Shown here piece after piece: positions 26,715 through 34,733 of a stretch of DNA of 38,518 nucleotides. Each line of letters starts with the position of its first letter. Position 1 is the stretch's first letter. The stretch comes from a virus. Taxonomy: Duplodnaviria > Caudoviricetes. The notes under the pieces are model-generated. The model saw nothing but the letters and a program-made list of their open reading frames with translations, was not told the DNA's origin and ran no database searches. The stretch lies in the IMG/VR virus record IMGVR_UViG_3300027811_000013, positions 1 to 38,518 of that record; one strand, 5' to 3'. The translations under genes and the position numbers were made by a program.

Positions 26715-27140
26715 CTACTTCATCACTCGGACAGTCATGGTCACGGTCACTTCAGCGCCGCGATCTGTCAGCGTCTTGATGACACTACCTATCAAGGCCC
26801 ACGGTTCGACCTGGTGCTGTACCTTGATATTCGCCAAGCCTTTCGATTCAGTCTTATCGGCAATGGCTTCTTCGGCCTCTTGTTCCTCTCTGAGATTCTG
26901 CCGAGAACCACGACCAAGTTCGGATTCACTTCTAGCGCCGGCGTGCATGTGTCCCGCATGCGTATGCAGCCCACGCTCAGTCCGACATCCTTTGCCACAG
27001 ATCTTGCAGACGAACATCAAGTCTCCTTCTCTCAATGGCGACAAGACGCTATGGTTCTTCATCCAATGTTCCTCGAGCTCGGCTTTGCTCGCCATTATCG
27101 CTCCACACTGTTTACACGGCCATGTTACGGGTGCTGGCAT
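26715..27140 (-). CDS. Double C2H2 zinc-finger protein
   Basis: CKQC-x12-HWMKNH and CKIC-x12-HAGHMH. Confidence 0.85.
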   Translation of the reverse strand: MPAPVTWPCKQCGAIMASKAELEEHWMKNHSVLSPLREGDLMFVCKICGKGCRTERGLHTHAGHMHAGARSESELGRGSRQNLREEQEAEEAIADKTESKGLANIKVQHQVEPWALIGSVIKTLTDRGAEVTVTMTVRVMK

Positions 27141-27151
27141 CTTCTTCCTCC

Positions 27152-27835
27152 TTACGGTAGCTCCGCGATCGGGAACACGCCCTTGAGGCCGTTCTTCACG
27201 AACACCTTATGGCTTCGTGCATGCGCCCAGCCTATCAGGTCGCGCGCCCAATCGGTTACTTCTTGCAGTTGCGCGGGCGTGTACCGGCGGCCTGTCTGCT
27301 CACCGATAACCCACATGTCCACGCGGCTTGCATCTTCCTTGTACTCATCCACGATCGTCATAGGGTCGCCAAGCAACGGCTCGGCGCTTACCCAGTACAC
27401 GCCGTCCTGCTCGCATTGAGACAACATGAACAGGCGTTGGGCTTCCTTGTCGTGCAGCGCGGCATCGAATGTCAGCGTCGTGCCTAGCCACTTCTTGTCT
27501 CCGAACCACCAGCCATAGTAGTCTGGATTCTTGGACAGGAACTGGAATGTGTGCTGCGTGCAGCGGCGCGTCACATCGAGAATCTTGTCCACGACTTCTT
27601 CTTCCATCCACTCCCCGAACAGGTCTCCCATGTCGCACACGAAGATCTTGCTGGGCTTGGTCACTTCAAACGGCTCTTTCAAGCGCTCCGGTCTGAAGGT
27701 CGGCTCGAACCTCTCCTTGTAGATGCGGTTCGCGATCGGCCGAGCGTAACAGTAGGAACAGCCGTGCTTGCAGCCCGTACATGGATTCCAGGTGAAATCC
27801 GTGTACGGTATCTTGTCCGGGCCTTGTGGGTTCAT
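27152..27835 (-). CDS. DUF5131 (phage Gp37/Gp68)-family radical-SAM-like protein
   Basis: TWNPCTGCKHGCSYCYA, IFVCDMGDLF, HTFQFLSK, SAEPLLG. Confidence 0.9.
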   Translation of the reverse strand: MNPQGPDKIPYTDFTWNPCTGCKHGCSYCYARPIANRIYKERFEPTFRPERLKEPFEVTKPSKIFVCDMGDLFGEWMEEEVVDKILDVTRRCTQHTFQFLSKNPDYYGWWFGDKKWLGTTLTFDAALHDKEAQRLFMLSQCEQDGVYWVSAEPLLGDPMTIVDEYKEDASRVDMWVIGEQTGRRYTPAQLQEVTDWARDLIGWAHARSHKVFVKNGLKGVFPIAELP

Positions 27836-27987
27836 CGTTTCTTAACCTCCGGGCGCGGTTTCCCGTAACTGCACCACCAATCTTGGTCTGTCTGAACTTC
27901 AATCCTCGTGACGGCTTTTCGGATGACACAACCTTCATCAGCGTACGCACATCGGTCACACGATTCGGGATACGCCCTGTCGTTCAT
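27832..27987 (-). CDS. Small Cys4 protein (51 aa, not in ORF track)
   Basis: MNDRAYPESCDRCAYADEGCVIRK..WWCSYGKP; ATGA overlaps at both ends; GGAGG SD. Confidence 0.6.
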   Translation of the reverse strand: MNDRAYPESCDRCAYADEGCVIRKAVTRIEVQTDQDWWCSYGKPRPEVKKR

Positions 27988-28112
27988 TTATCCGCCTCCA
28001 CCACACGCTGAAAATGCGCCCATCCTTGAACGGAATACGCCCAGCGCGCTCCGCATTCCTGGCATTCGATTTTGTCCCCCTTATCCAATAATTGTGCATG
28101 CTCGCATGTCAC
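27984..28112 (-). CDS. Small Zn-ribbon protein (42 aa, not in ORF track)
   Basis: MTCEHAQLLDKGDKIECQECGARW..; GTGA overlap; GAGGAGG SD. Confidence 0.55.
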   Translation of the reverse strand: MTCEHAQLLDKGDKIECQECGARWAYSVQGWAHFQRVVEADK

Positions 28113-29362
28113 TTGTCTGCCTCCTCATTGTACTTGTAGATGATGTTCCCTTCAGCGTCCAGCCGATCGGGCACTAGAACATAACCGTACAGGCGTACCA
28201 GGCCGCGGCCCGTGTTCGGCTGATTCCAGTTGTACTCGAACCAGTCCGCTGCTGTCGCCCGCCGGTATCGCGCCCGCCAGAGACTTCTGTGGCTATTGTA
28301 GCCTTCGCCGCGCATCATCAGGAAGTGCGTGAAGAACCTGTCCACCTCGGGCTTGATGTCGGCATAGCATGTTTCGCCCTTGGCCTTGGCGCACAAGATC
28401 GCTTGGCCAAAGTGGCCCGTGTAGCTGTTCCACTCAGGCGGAACACCACAGCAGTTCACGCTGTCATTCATCTCACGGCAGAACGAGTCGCTCACATAAA
28501 AACGCATGCCCAGGTCGTGCGTGTAATCGCGCATGGCCTTGAACACGGGCAACTTGATTTCCCGGTTCAGCCGCTTGTACGCCGCCTGCTGGCTGTGCTT
28601 GTGGTAGAATGTCCACACATCGAACCCGACCAGCTTGCTGATTTCGTCATAGCGTTTTCTCAACGGCGCATCGGCGCGCTGGTCCATGCACCAGAACTCT
28701 GTGCTCACACTGTCCGCGCCCTGGCGCTTGGCTTCCTTGATTGTCTCGCGCCAATCTTCGCTGAGGCCAATCATGTACGGCCTCAGTCTCAAGGTAACAT
28801 GTAGACCGCGGGCCGTGAGCCGCCCGATCATGTCCATGCGTTCCTGCGGGCTAGCTACCCCGCGCTCCATCTTCTTGGCCATGTCAGCGTTCATGGTGAT
28901 GATGCTTACCTTGGTGTGCCAGTTGTGCTTATGGCGGGCCATCAGAGACATGTACCGAGGATCTTGTGTCCACCAGGTTCCCTTGGTGCTGAATGACAGC
29001 GGATAGTCGATGCCGTCGAAGAACCGCAACAGCTCAAGGCTCTTGCCAAATCGCTTTTCATAGTTGTCGAATGGGTCAGCCAACGCTCCCCATTGCATGA
29101 TTTTTCTGGCCTTCACATACGGCAGGAACTGGCTGTGGCTGCCGTGTGGCGCGCCCAGGAACAGGCTTTTCAGTTTCTCCACGCTCGAGCATTTCACCTT
29201 GAACCCGCCAGCCTTGAGCCCGCCCAGCGTGTGAATCTTCTGATAGAGCGCGAAGCAGTAGAGGCAGCCATAGGAACAGTAGTTGTAAGTGTCAAAGGAC
29301 ATGGGCATGCTGCAATCGAGGATCTCACTCGTCCACCTGGGCGACTGGTAGTTATCGCTCAT
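28109..29362 (-). CDS. Radical SAM protein, spore-photoproduct-lyase-like
   Basis: FDTYNYCSYGCLYCFA (CxxxCxxC), ADPFD..E, FSTKG, LRLRPY, late CCG. Confidence 0.88.
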   Translation of the reverse strand: MSDNYQSPRWTSEILDCSMPMSFDTYNYCSYGCLYCFALYQKIHTLGGLKAGGFKVKCSSVEKLKSLFLGAPHGSHSQFLPYVKARKIMQWGALADPFDNYEKRFGKSLELLRFFDGIDYPLSFSTKGTWWTQDPRYMSLMARHKHNWHTKVSIITMNADMAKKMERGVASPQERMDMIGRLTARGLHVTLRLRPYMIGLSEDWRETIKEAKRQGADSVSTEFWCMDQRADAPLRKRYDEISKLVGFDVWTFYHKHSQQAAYKRLNREIKLPVFKAMRDYTHDLGMRFYVSDSFCREMNDSVNCCGVPPEWNSYTGHFGQAILCAKAKGETCYADIKPEVDRFFTHFLMMRGEGYNSHRSLWRARYRRATAADWFEYNWNQPNTGRGLVRLYGYVLVPDRLDAEGNIIYKYNEEADK

Positions 29363-30263
29363 GGAATCGTTCCTCAGCAATCGCTCTCGTGGCTATCAAC
29401 TCAGTCCATGTCATGGCCGGATACCTGGGCAACAATCCCTTGCGCCCTCCACCGTTGAAATCACAGTATCGACACAGCCCGAAATCGCGCCGGCCTTCTG
29501 CGAGCATACGCCGTGCGGCATTCAGGACGGGATGGTTCTCCCAGAACATGGCCACATTGCCGCGCGAGATGTTCCACAGTTCTTGCTGAGCGTTGTAGTC
29601 CATGCAGCACAAGTGAATCGAGCCGTCCCAATGGATGACCAACTCTCTGAACGGGTTCACACATATCTTAGACAGCGGCTTGTCCAACGGCTTGATGCCG
29701 TACATCTTCGCGGCGGCCCAATCCACATTGCCCGCATGATTCTGAAGAGTCCTGTTCTTCTTCTCTCCCGATCGCCGGCCAATGTCATCGAGCAAGATAA
29801 GCGCCCTGGTCTTTGGCCCGTGTCGATGCCACGGATTGAAGTCGCTCGCATAGAAATCCATCGGCTTGAATCCAGCCTCTGTGAAAGTCCGCATGCGGCG
29901 TTCCAGCGTGCCCTTGCCATAGCAATCGACCAAGAGAACATTTCCACCGGCCCGCCAGAAGTAGTCCACATCCCAGGTACTCAGTTTAGTGCCGTTGGTC
30001 GTCATCATGATGCTGCTCTTTGGCAAATAGCTACGCAACACGCACAAGGATGTTGCCCATTCCCCGTGCAACATAGGTTCACCACGCAAAGCCAACTCGA
30101 TTCTGGTAGGATCGTATCCAGCGTGTTGTAGTTCGCGCCCAATCGCGATGACCGTGCGCAGCGACATGAAATCATAACCTGGCGGCATGGTCCTAGTGCC
30201 ACAGAATCCACATGCCAAGTTGCAGCCTCGCACTAGCTCGATTTGACATGACCAGGGCTTCAT
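29352..30263 (-). CDS. Radical SAM protein with SPASM/twitch domain
   Basis: GCNLACGFC, GEPMLH, TTNG; CVNPF..DGSIHLCCMD..CRYC. Confidence 0.9.
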   Translation of the reverse strand: MKPWSCQIELVRGCNLACGFCGTRTMPPGYDFMSLRTVIAIGRELQHAGYDPTRIELALRGEPMLHGEWATSLCVLRSYLPKSSIMMTTNGTKLSTWDVDYFWRAGGNVLLVDCYGKGTLERRMRTFTEAGFKPMDFYASDFNPWHRHGPKTRALILLDDIGRRSGEKKNRTLQNHAGNVDWAAAKMYGIKPLDKPLSKICVNPFRELVIHWDGSIHLCCMDYNAQQELWNISRGNVAMFWENHPVLNAARRMLAEGRRDFGLCRYCDFNGGGRKGLLPRYPAMTWTELIATRAIAEERFHER

Positions 30264-31018
30264 CTCTTGTCCACCAGCTTGATTTCAAAGTGCTTCTTAC
30301 GCGCCCTGTTCACCGTGCAAAACTGTGGGTACTTCTTGAGCAGGTACAGGGCCGAGCGCTTCACGCGGTCTTCCGTGCGCGTTTCTTGCATGCCGCCTGG
30401 TTCGGTGTAGTATGCCGTCTCCACGCAGATGTCCTCAAGCCGAACCAACTTGCCGAACCGTTGGTAGTACTTGATGCTCCGCTCGAAGTCCTCCTTGTCG
30501 TCAAGGGTCACATAGAGGCCGCGGTCATGTGTGTTTATCACGCCGAAGAACGCGCCGACTATGTAGGCGATCTTCGTCCGCACACCGCCGCGCATGAAAT
30601 ACGGGTTCTTCACCGGATAGACTCCCCACAGCCGCGTACCTGTCTGGACGCACAGTTCAAACCCATGTTCGATGACAGCCTTCAGTTCGTCCCCGATCGC
30701 CATAAGGCCGCCGTTATCCTTGGTTAGATTGTAGATGCCTTTCAGATCGTCGTCCATCTCTACCAGGAACTCGCCCTCGCGGTAGTAATCGCTGATGGCG
30801 TTCCTTACCGCGCCCATGCCATGAGCATCCACCATCTTGCAGCGGTTCGCCCAGTGATTGGGCAAGACCCTGTCGTATGCCGAGAGCTCGGCCTCCCCTG
30901 ACAGGAATATGCTCACGCTGCTCTTGAGAATGTTCGCATCCTCTAGCAGCGTTAGCGTGTGCGACAGCAGCGTGTTCGCCCGCTTGTAGCTCGGTATGGC
31001 TATCTTGAACGGTATCAT
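30260..31018 (-). CDS. GT-A glycosyltransferase of TET-associated/GREB1-like type
   Basis: IAIPSYKRA, G..RN.I, EMDDD (DxD), KEDFER, PGGMQ. Confidence 0.82.
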   Translation of the reverse strand: MIPFKIAIPSYKRANTLLSHTLTLLEDANILKSSVSIFLSGEAELSAYDRVLPNHWANRCKMVDAHGMGAVRNAISDYYREGEFLVEMDDDLKGIYNLTKDNGGLMAIGDELKAVIEHGFELCVQTGTRLWGVYPVKNPYFMRGGVRTKIAYIVGAFFGVINTHDRGLYVTLDDKEDFERSIKYYQRFGKLVRLEDICVETAYYTEPGGMQETRTEDRVKRSALYLLKKYPQFCTVNRARKKHFEIKLVDKR

Positions 31019-31152
31019 GATGCCACTTGTCCTTGCCTGACCTGGAACTGAGTGCCACAGACCTTGCATATAGCCATGAGACCTCCGATTGGCAGGATGG
31101 CTGGTATGTCTATCTTCGATTCTGTGCCGCATCCGGGACACTTGATTTGCAT
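31015..31152 (-). CDS. Zn-ribbon protein
   Basis: MQIKCPGCG..CKVCGTQFQV; ATGA overlap with glycosyltransferase. Confidence 0.7.
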   Translation of the reverse strand: MQIKCPGCGTESKIDIPAILPIGGLMAICKVCGTQFQVRQGQVAS

Positions 31153-31154
31153 GC

Positions 31155-31733
31155 TCAGCCCAGGTCCAGTATCATCGTCCGGGCCGTCTCCTTCATGCGC
31201 TCGGTCAAATCCAGCCTCTTGAGCCAATCGTTGGCCTTCTCGCGAGTGCTGAATGTGACATAGACGACATACGATTCCGCGCTGGCGGCTACATCTTCGT
31301 CCAGGGCCAAGTCGGCCAGGTCGGGCGGCTCTATGCTCGCGCCCTTGAGCAGCACGGCGATCTCGTCTGCGTCAAAGCCCGTCACCAGGCGGTCCTCGTC
31401 ATCAAGGGCCTCAAGCACGCTCGGCAACTTGGCATAGTCCCAGTCGCCCACGATCTTGTTCAGGGCCAGGTTCAGCGCCTTTTCCTTCTTCTCACTTAGG
31501 CGTACCACGCTGACCTCGACTTCCTTCTTCCCCTGAGCCTTGAGGATCTTCAGGCGCTGATGCCCGCCTATCACATGGCCGGTTTTCTCGTTCCACACGA
31601 TCGGCTCAACCATGTCGAACTCGTCTATGCTGCGTTTCAATTTCTCGTACTGCGGGTCGCCTTCCTTCAGGTCCAGCCTGGGATTCCAATCAGCTGGAAT
31701 CAGGTCCTTGATTTTCTTCTTCACTATCTCCAC
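31155..31733 (-). CDS. ParB/Srx N-terminal domain protein
   Basis: LIPADWNPR..LKRSIDEF..EPIVWN..IGGHQRL..LNLALNKI.GDWD. Confidence 0.92.
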   Translation of the reverse strand: MEIVKKKIKDLIPADWNPRLDLKEGDPQYEKLKRSIDEFDMVEPIVWNEKTGHVIGGHQRLKILKAQGKKEVEVSVVRLSEKKEKALNLALNKIVGDWDYAKLPSVLEALDDEDRLVTGFDADEIAVLLKGASIEPPDLADLALDEDVAASAESYVVYVTFSTREKANDWLKRLDLTERMKETARTMILDLG

Positions 31734-32148
31734 GGTTCGTCACCTCGAAACAGATCTTGGTCAGTTCGTCCATGGTGAACAGCACGCCTGGCTTGCCCGA
31801 AGCCAACGATATTGGCGCTGTCATGCGTTGTGTCACCAAGTCGCTCAGCCGCCAAAGTGCGGCGAAGTCCAAGAGATTTATCACGGCCAAGTCGCCCTCG
31901 TGCATGCCCTTCTTGCGAACCACAAGCAGCGGGAACTTGTGCGATCGGGCGGCCCGTTTCATGGTCTCCTTGTACCAAGCACCCACGGGCAGGCCCGCTC
32001 TCAGCTTGCACTCGATTTCTATATGGGGATGTAGGACGTCTCCTTCCTCTCCCTCGAACTGAGCGCTGCCACTTGATGGGATGCGTTTGCCCAGCAGGAT
32101 CTTGGCCACACGGGTTTCCTGCTTCTGCCATGTGCGCCGGTGCGTCAT
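31690..32148 (-). CDS. PD-(D/E)xK nuclease, Holliday-junction-resolvase-like
   Basis: E.RVA..SGS..GDV..IEIECK. Confidence 0.8.
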   Translation of the reverse strand: MTHRRTWQKQETRVAKILLGKRIPSSGSAQFEGEEGDVLHPHIEIECKLRAGLPVGAWYKETMKRAARSHKFPLLVVRKKGMHEGDLAVINLLDFAALWRLSDLVTQRMTAPISLASGKPGVLFTMDELTKICFEVTNRGDSEEENQGPDSS

Positions 32149-32372
32149 TTGCGCATCAACTCCTGCAAGACGCATCGAACACCTTCGTCAAAGCCAGCGG
32201 CCTGCGCGTTCTCCATCAGGCGCATCTTTTCCACAGCGGCGGTCTTCTCGCAGGCCTCTGTGAGCTGCTTCTCCAGAACAGCTATCTTCCAACGCGCCGC
32301 CTTGAAATCGCGCTCGGTCTGTTCGCGAGCCTCGTATTGCTGGCGCGTCATCGTGATGTACTGTCTGCCCAC
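32145..32372 (-). CDS. Small coiled-coil protein
   Basis: ORF coupled to downstream gene by ATGA. Confidence 0.55.
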   Translation of the reverse strand: MGRQYITMTRQQYEAREQTERDFKAARWKIAVLEKQLTEACEKTAAVEKMRLMENAQAAGFDEGVRCVLQELMRK

Positions 32373-32376
32373 GCCA

Positions 32377-32649
32377 TCACGCGCCCTTGATGAAGGCTCT
32401 GAGCTTCTTCACTTCCTTGTCCCAGTCGCCTTCCTCAAGCGCCGCGCCCTTGGCGATACGGGCATGTTGCTGCACCCAGGCGCGTTGGTCGCTCGGGTCC
32501 TTGCCCTGAAAACTATCCAAGCCCTCGTCAGTCGTGTTCACAACGAGCTTGCTCGTCTTGAACGAGATCTGCACTATGGGCTTGTCCTCTCGCTGAACTT
32601 CGGTCAGCTCCTCGTTCTCCAGATTTACCTGCTTGGCCTTCTTTGGCAT
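32377..32649 (-). CDS. Hypothetical protein
   Basis: MPKKAKQV start after GGAGG. Confidence 0.6.
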   Translation of the reverse strand: MPKKAKQVNLENEELTEVQREDKPIVQISFKTSKLVVNTTDEGLDSFQGKDPSDQRAWVQQHARIAKGAALEEGDWDKEVKKLRAFIKGA

Positions 32650-32878
32650 CTTGTGGTCCCTCCGATTTGTGGACAAGACGATAGCCGTGTTTGATGACGG
32701 CGCGCACTACGCATGGATTCCCGAACTGGTCGATGCCGCCGCGCTCACAGGCGACGGCCTTGTCGATGACCTTGTACGCATCATCATACGGCACTACCAG
32801 AGATTCCTCTGCGCCGCAACTATGTTCGAGAACCAGGCGGACACGCCGCCGTTTGACCGGCTTCTTCCGCTTGCCCAT
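32528..32878 (-). CDS. Hypothetical basic protein
   Basis: MGKRKKPVKRRR; overlaps next gene by ~120 nt, so uncertain. Confidence 0.4.
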   Translation of the reverse strand: MGKRKKPVKRRRVRLVLEHSCGAEESLVVPYDDAYKVIDKAVACERGGIDQFGNPCVVRAVIKHGYRLVHKSEGPQDAKEGQAGKSGERGADRSSARGQAHSADLVQDEQARCEHD

Positions 32879-32964
32879 CGGCCTGAGATAGTCCGGTCTA
32901 AGTATTTGAATCTCCCGTGAAAAAGAAGCATGCGAGCTGGCCGAAATATCCTGCAACCGCGCTC

Positions 32965-33270
32965 CTACCGCGGCCTGTCGTCAAAGCATGCCAAGATCGC
33001 TTGCTCCTTGGGCTTGTCCCGCTTGAGGTCGTCCAGCTTGTCGGCCTGCTTCTTCAGGCGTACCAGGGCTCTCATACATTCGTCGTGCATGGCCTTGGCG
33101 AACTTGGCTTCATGGCCCGCCTCTTTGGCGGCATCAATCGCCCGCTGACACGCCTTATCCATATCCATCACGGCCAAGCGCAGCTGATAAATCGTCTCCG
33201 CCTGCATGCGGATTATCTTGGCCGCCGTCACTTCTGGCACGGGCATGGTCACCACCTGATGATGTAACAT
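32965..33270 (-). CDS. Coiled-coil hypothetical protein
   Basis: ORF track; true start uncertain. Confidence 0.55.
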   Translation of the reverse strand: MLHHQVVTMPVPEVTAAKIIRMQAETIYQLRLAVMDMDKACQRAIDAAKEAGHEAKFAKAMHDECMRALVRLKKQADKLDDLKRDKPKEQAILACFDDRPR

Positions 33271-33587
33271 GGCATACCGTCGTCCATGTCATAGTGGCCG
33301 TCGAAGAACTGCCGCATCTGCGCGGCGTTCTCAAATCCGTCGGCTTTTGCCAGGGCCTCATCGTTCTTGATGAGCGACCATATTCTCATCTCCACACCGA
33401 TGCAGCGCACCTGTTTCAGCAGCGTGCAAAATTCGGTTCGCTGGCCAGTGTACAGATAAAGTGTGTCGCCTGGTTGAACGCGCCTCAGTCGTTCCGCCAA
33501 GGTAAGCCGCGGCCATACTCGTATCGTTTGCCGCTTTCGTCCGTCCAAGATCTTGTCCTGGAACACGGTGAAGTTAATCGCTGGCAT
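33249..33587 (-). CDS. ASCH (PUA-like) domain protein
   Basis: INF..KILDGRKRQTIR..PGDTLYLYTG..LAKADGF. Confidence 0.85.
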   Translation of the reverse strand: MPAINFTVFQDKILDGRKRQTIRVWPRLTLAERLRRVQPGDTLYLYTGQRTEFCTLLKQVRCIGVEMRIWSLIKNDEALAKADGFENAAQMRQFFDGHYDMDDGMPCYIIRW

Positions 33588-33692
33588 GATTACTCCCCGC
33601 GTGGCCGTGATACTTCTTCTCTGGATTGCCTGCCAGCGATCGGCGCGGATTCTTGGTCCGCTTGTACCGCCCGCACTCCCGACACCGTTTCC

Positions 33693-33866
33693 TCATTGGA
33701 CGACGGCGCGCCAGTAAGATTCCCCCAGTTCCGTACCCAGTCTGGCCTTCATCTGCTCCCGCATACGCTTGAGTTGCTGGGCTTGCAGATGCACCTTGTA
33801 GGTGCTTCCGGGAACCTGGAACAGGCACACCGGACACATGTTCGGGCGTTCAAAGACCTCGGGCAT
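33693..33866 (-). CDS. Small Zn-finger-like protein (57 aa, not in ORF track)
   Basis: MPEVFERPNMCPVCLFQVPGSTYKVHLQAQQLKRM.. Confidence 0.5.
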   Translation of the reverse strand: MPEVFERPNMCPVCLFQVPGSTYKVHLQAQQLKRMREQMKARLGTELGESYWRAVVQ

Positions 33867-33908
33867 ATCCCCGCCTTCGCAGACTGGACAGTACAGTTGG
33901 CCGCAGTC

Positions 33909-33938
33909 TATACATTTGTGTATTATACACTTGTGTAT
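33909..33938. promoter_or_regulatory. Tandem palindromic operator-like repeat
   Basis: TATACATTTGTGTAT / TATACACTTGTGTAT in an AT-rich intergenic gap. Confidence 0.6.
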
Positions 33939-33951
33939 TTCCTCCGTGTTC

Positions 33952-34122
33952 TCACCGTTCCTCTACCTTGACAATACGCCTCCGATTTAGCCAGATGGCT
34001 TTACCAGTCAAAAGCTGAAATTCGACGAAGGTATCATCCACCTTTTGGTCGCTATCTAAGACACATTCCAACGCTCTAACCTCCGTTCCTTCTTCCCACA
34101 CGACTTTGACTTTCCTTTTCAT
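33952..34122 (-). CDS. Small Sm/SH3-like beta-barrel protein (56 aa, not in ORF track)
   Basis: MKRKVKVVWEEGTEVRALECVLDSDQKVDDTFVEFQLLTGKAIWLNRRRIVKVEER; GAGGTGA SD; five-strand pattern. Confidence 0.65.
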   Translation of the reverse strand: MKRKVKVVWEEGTEVRALECVLDSDQKVDDTFVEFQLLTGKAIWLNRRRIVKVEER

Positions 34123-34128
34123 CGGTTC

Positions 34129-34611
34129 TCACCTCACTTTGACCAGGCGCTTAACGCGCTCGGCCTCCAAGATTTCTACTACTTCTTTTGGTGTTTTCCG
34201 TGGCCACAAGAGCTTGAGTTCCTTCTTCCAGGTCAATTGCCAATAGTATTCCTCCTGCCCGCGGAACTCATCAACCGCTAGCGGCGCGTCGCGCCCGATC
34301 TTGTTCTTGAAGAAGCCAGTGTACCGCTTGTCGTACACGCTTATCATCTTCTCCGTCAGGGCGTGTTTCAGACCGATCTGCGCGCCGGCCTGCTTACGCC
34401 GTTGCTTCAGATACACCAGCTCCTTTTCTTTCTGGTCTATCAGAATATCTAGCAGCTCGGCCAGATCTTGAATTTCCGCGAGCTTGTCAATCGCGTCCTT
34501 GAAAACCTTGGACTTGCTCTCGATGGCTTTGGCGGCTTCCAAGATCGCTAGCTCTTGCAGCGTGTTCTCACTGACATAGAGTGTAACGATTGGCAAGTGA
34601 TTCCCATCCAC
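34129..34611 (-). CDS. Ribbon-helix-helix/coiled-coil DNA-binding protein
   Basis: IVTLYVSE..L..SKSKVFKDAI (RHH pattern) followed by heptad repeats. Confidence 0.6.
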   Translation of the reverse strand: MDGNHLPIVTLYVSENTLQELAILEAAKAIESKSKVFKDAIDKLAEIQDLAELLDILIDQKEKELVYLKQRRKQAGAQIGLKHALTEKMISVYDKRYTGFFKNKIGRDAPLAVDEFRGQEEYYWQLTWKKELKLLWPRKTPKEVVEILEAERVKRLVKVR

Positions 34612-34706
34612 AAAATTCCAGGTGCGTCAGGGCGGCATAACCAAAGGAGATGCCGCGTGACATGACTTCAGTTCGCTCTGCCCTGGCGCACATTCAGGTA
34701 AGTGGT

Positions 34707-34725
34707 GGAGGCTGATTAAGCCTCC
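34707..34725 (-). terminator. Hairpin after annealing-protein gene
   Basis: GGAGGCT/AGCCTCC inverted repeat 8 nt after the stop. Confidence 0.35.
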
Positions 34726-34733
34726 GGTTGCAA

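Noticed and set aside
31155-31733. ParABS plasmid-prophage partition system
   Set aside because: No ParA ATPase and no HTH on this ParB; it is the N-terminal-domain type found beside modification and terminase genes.
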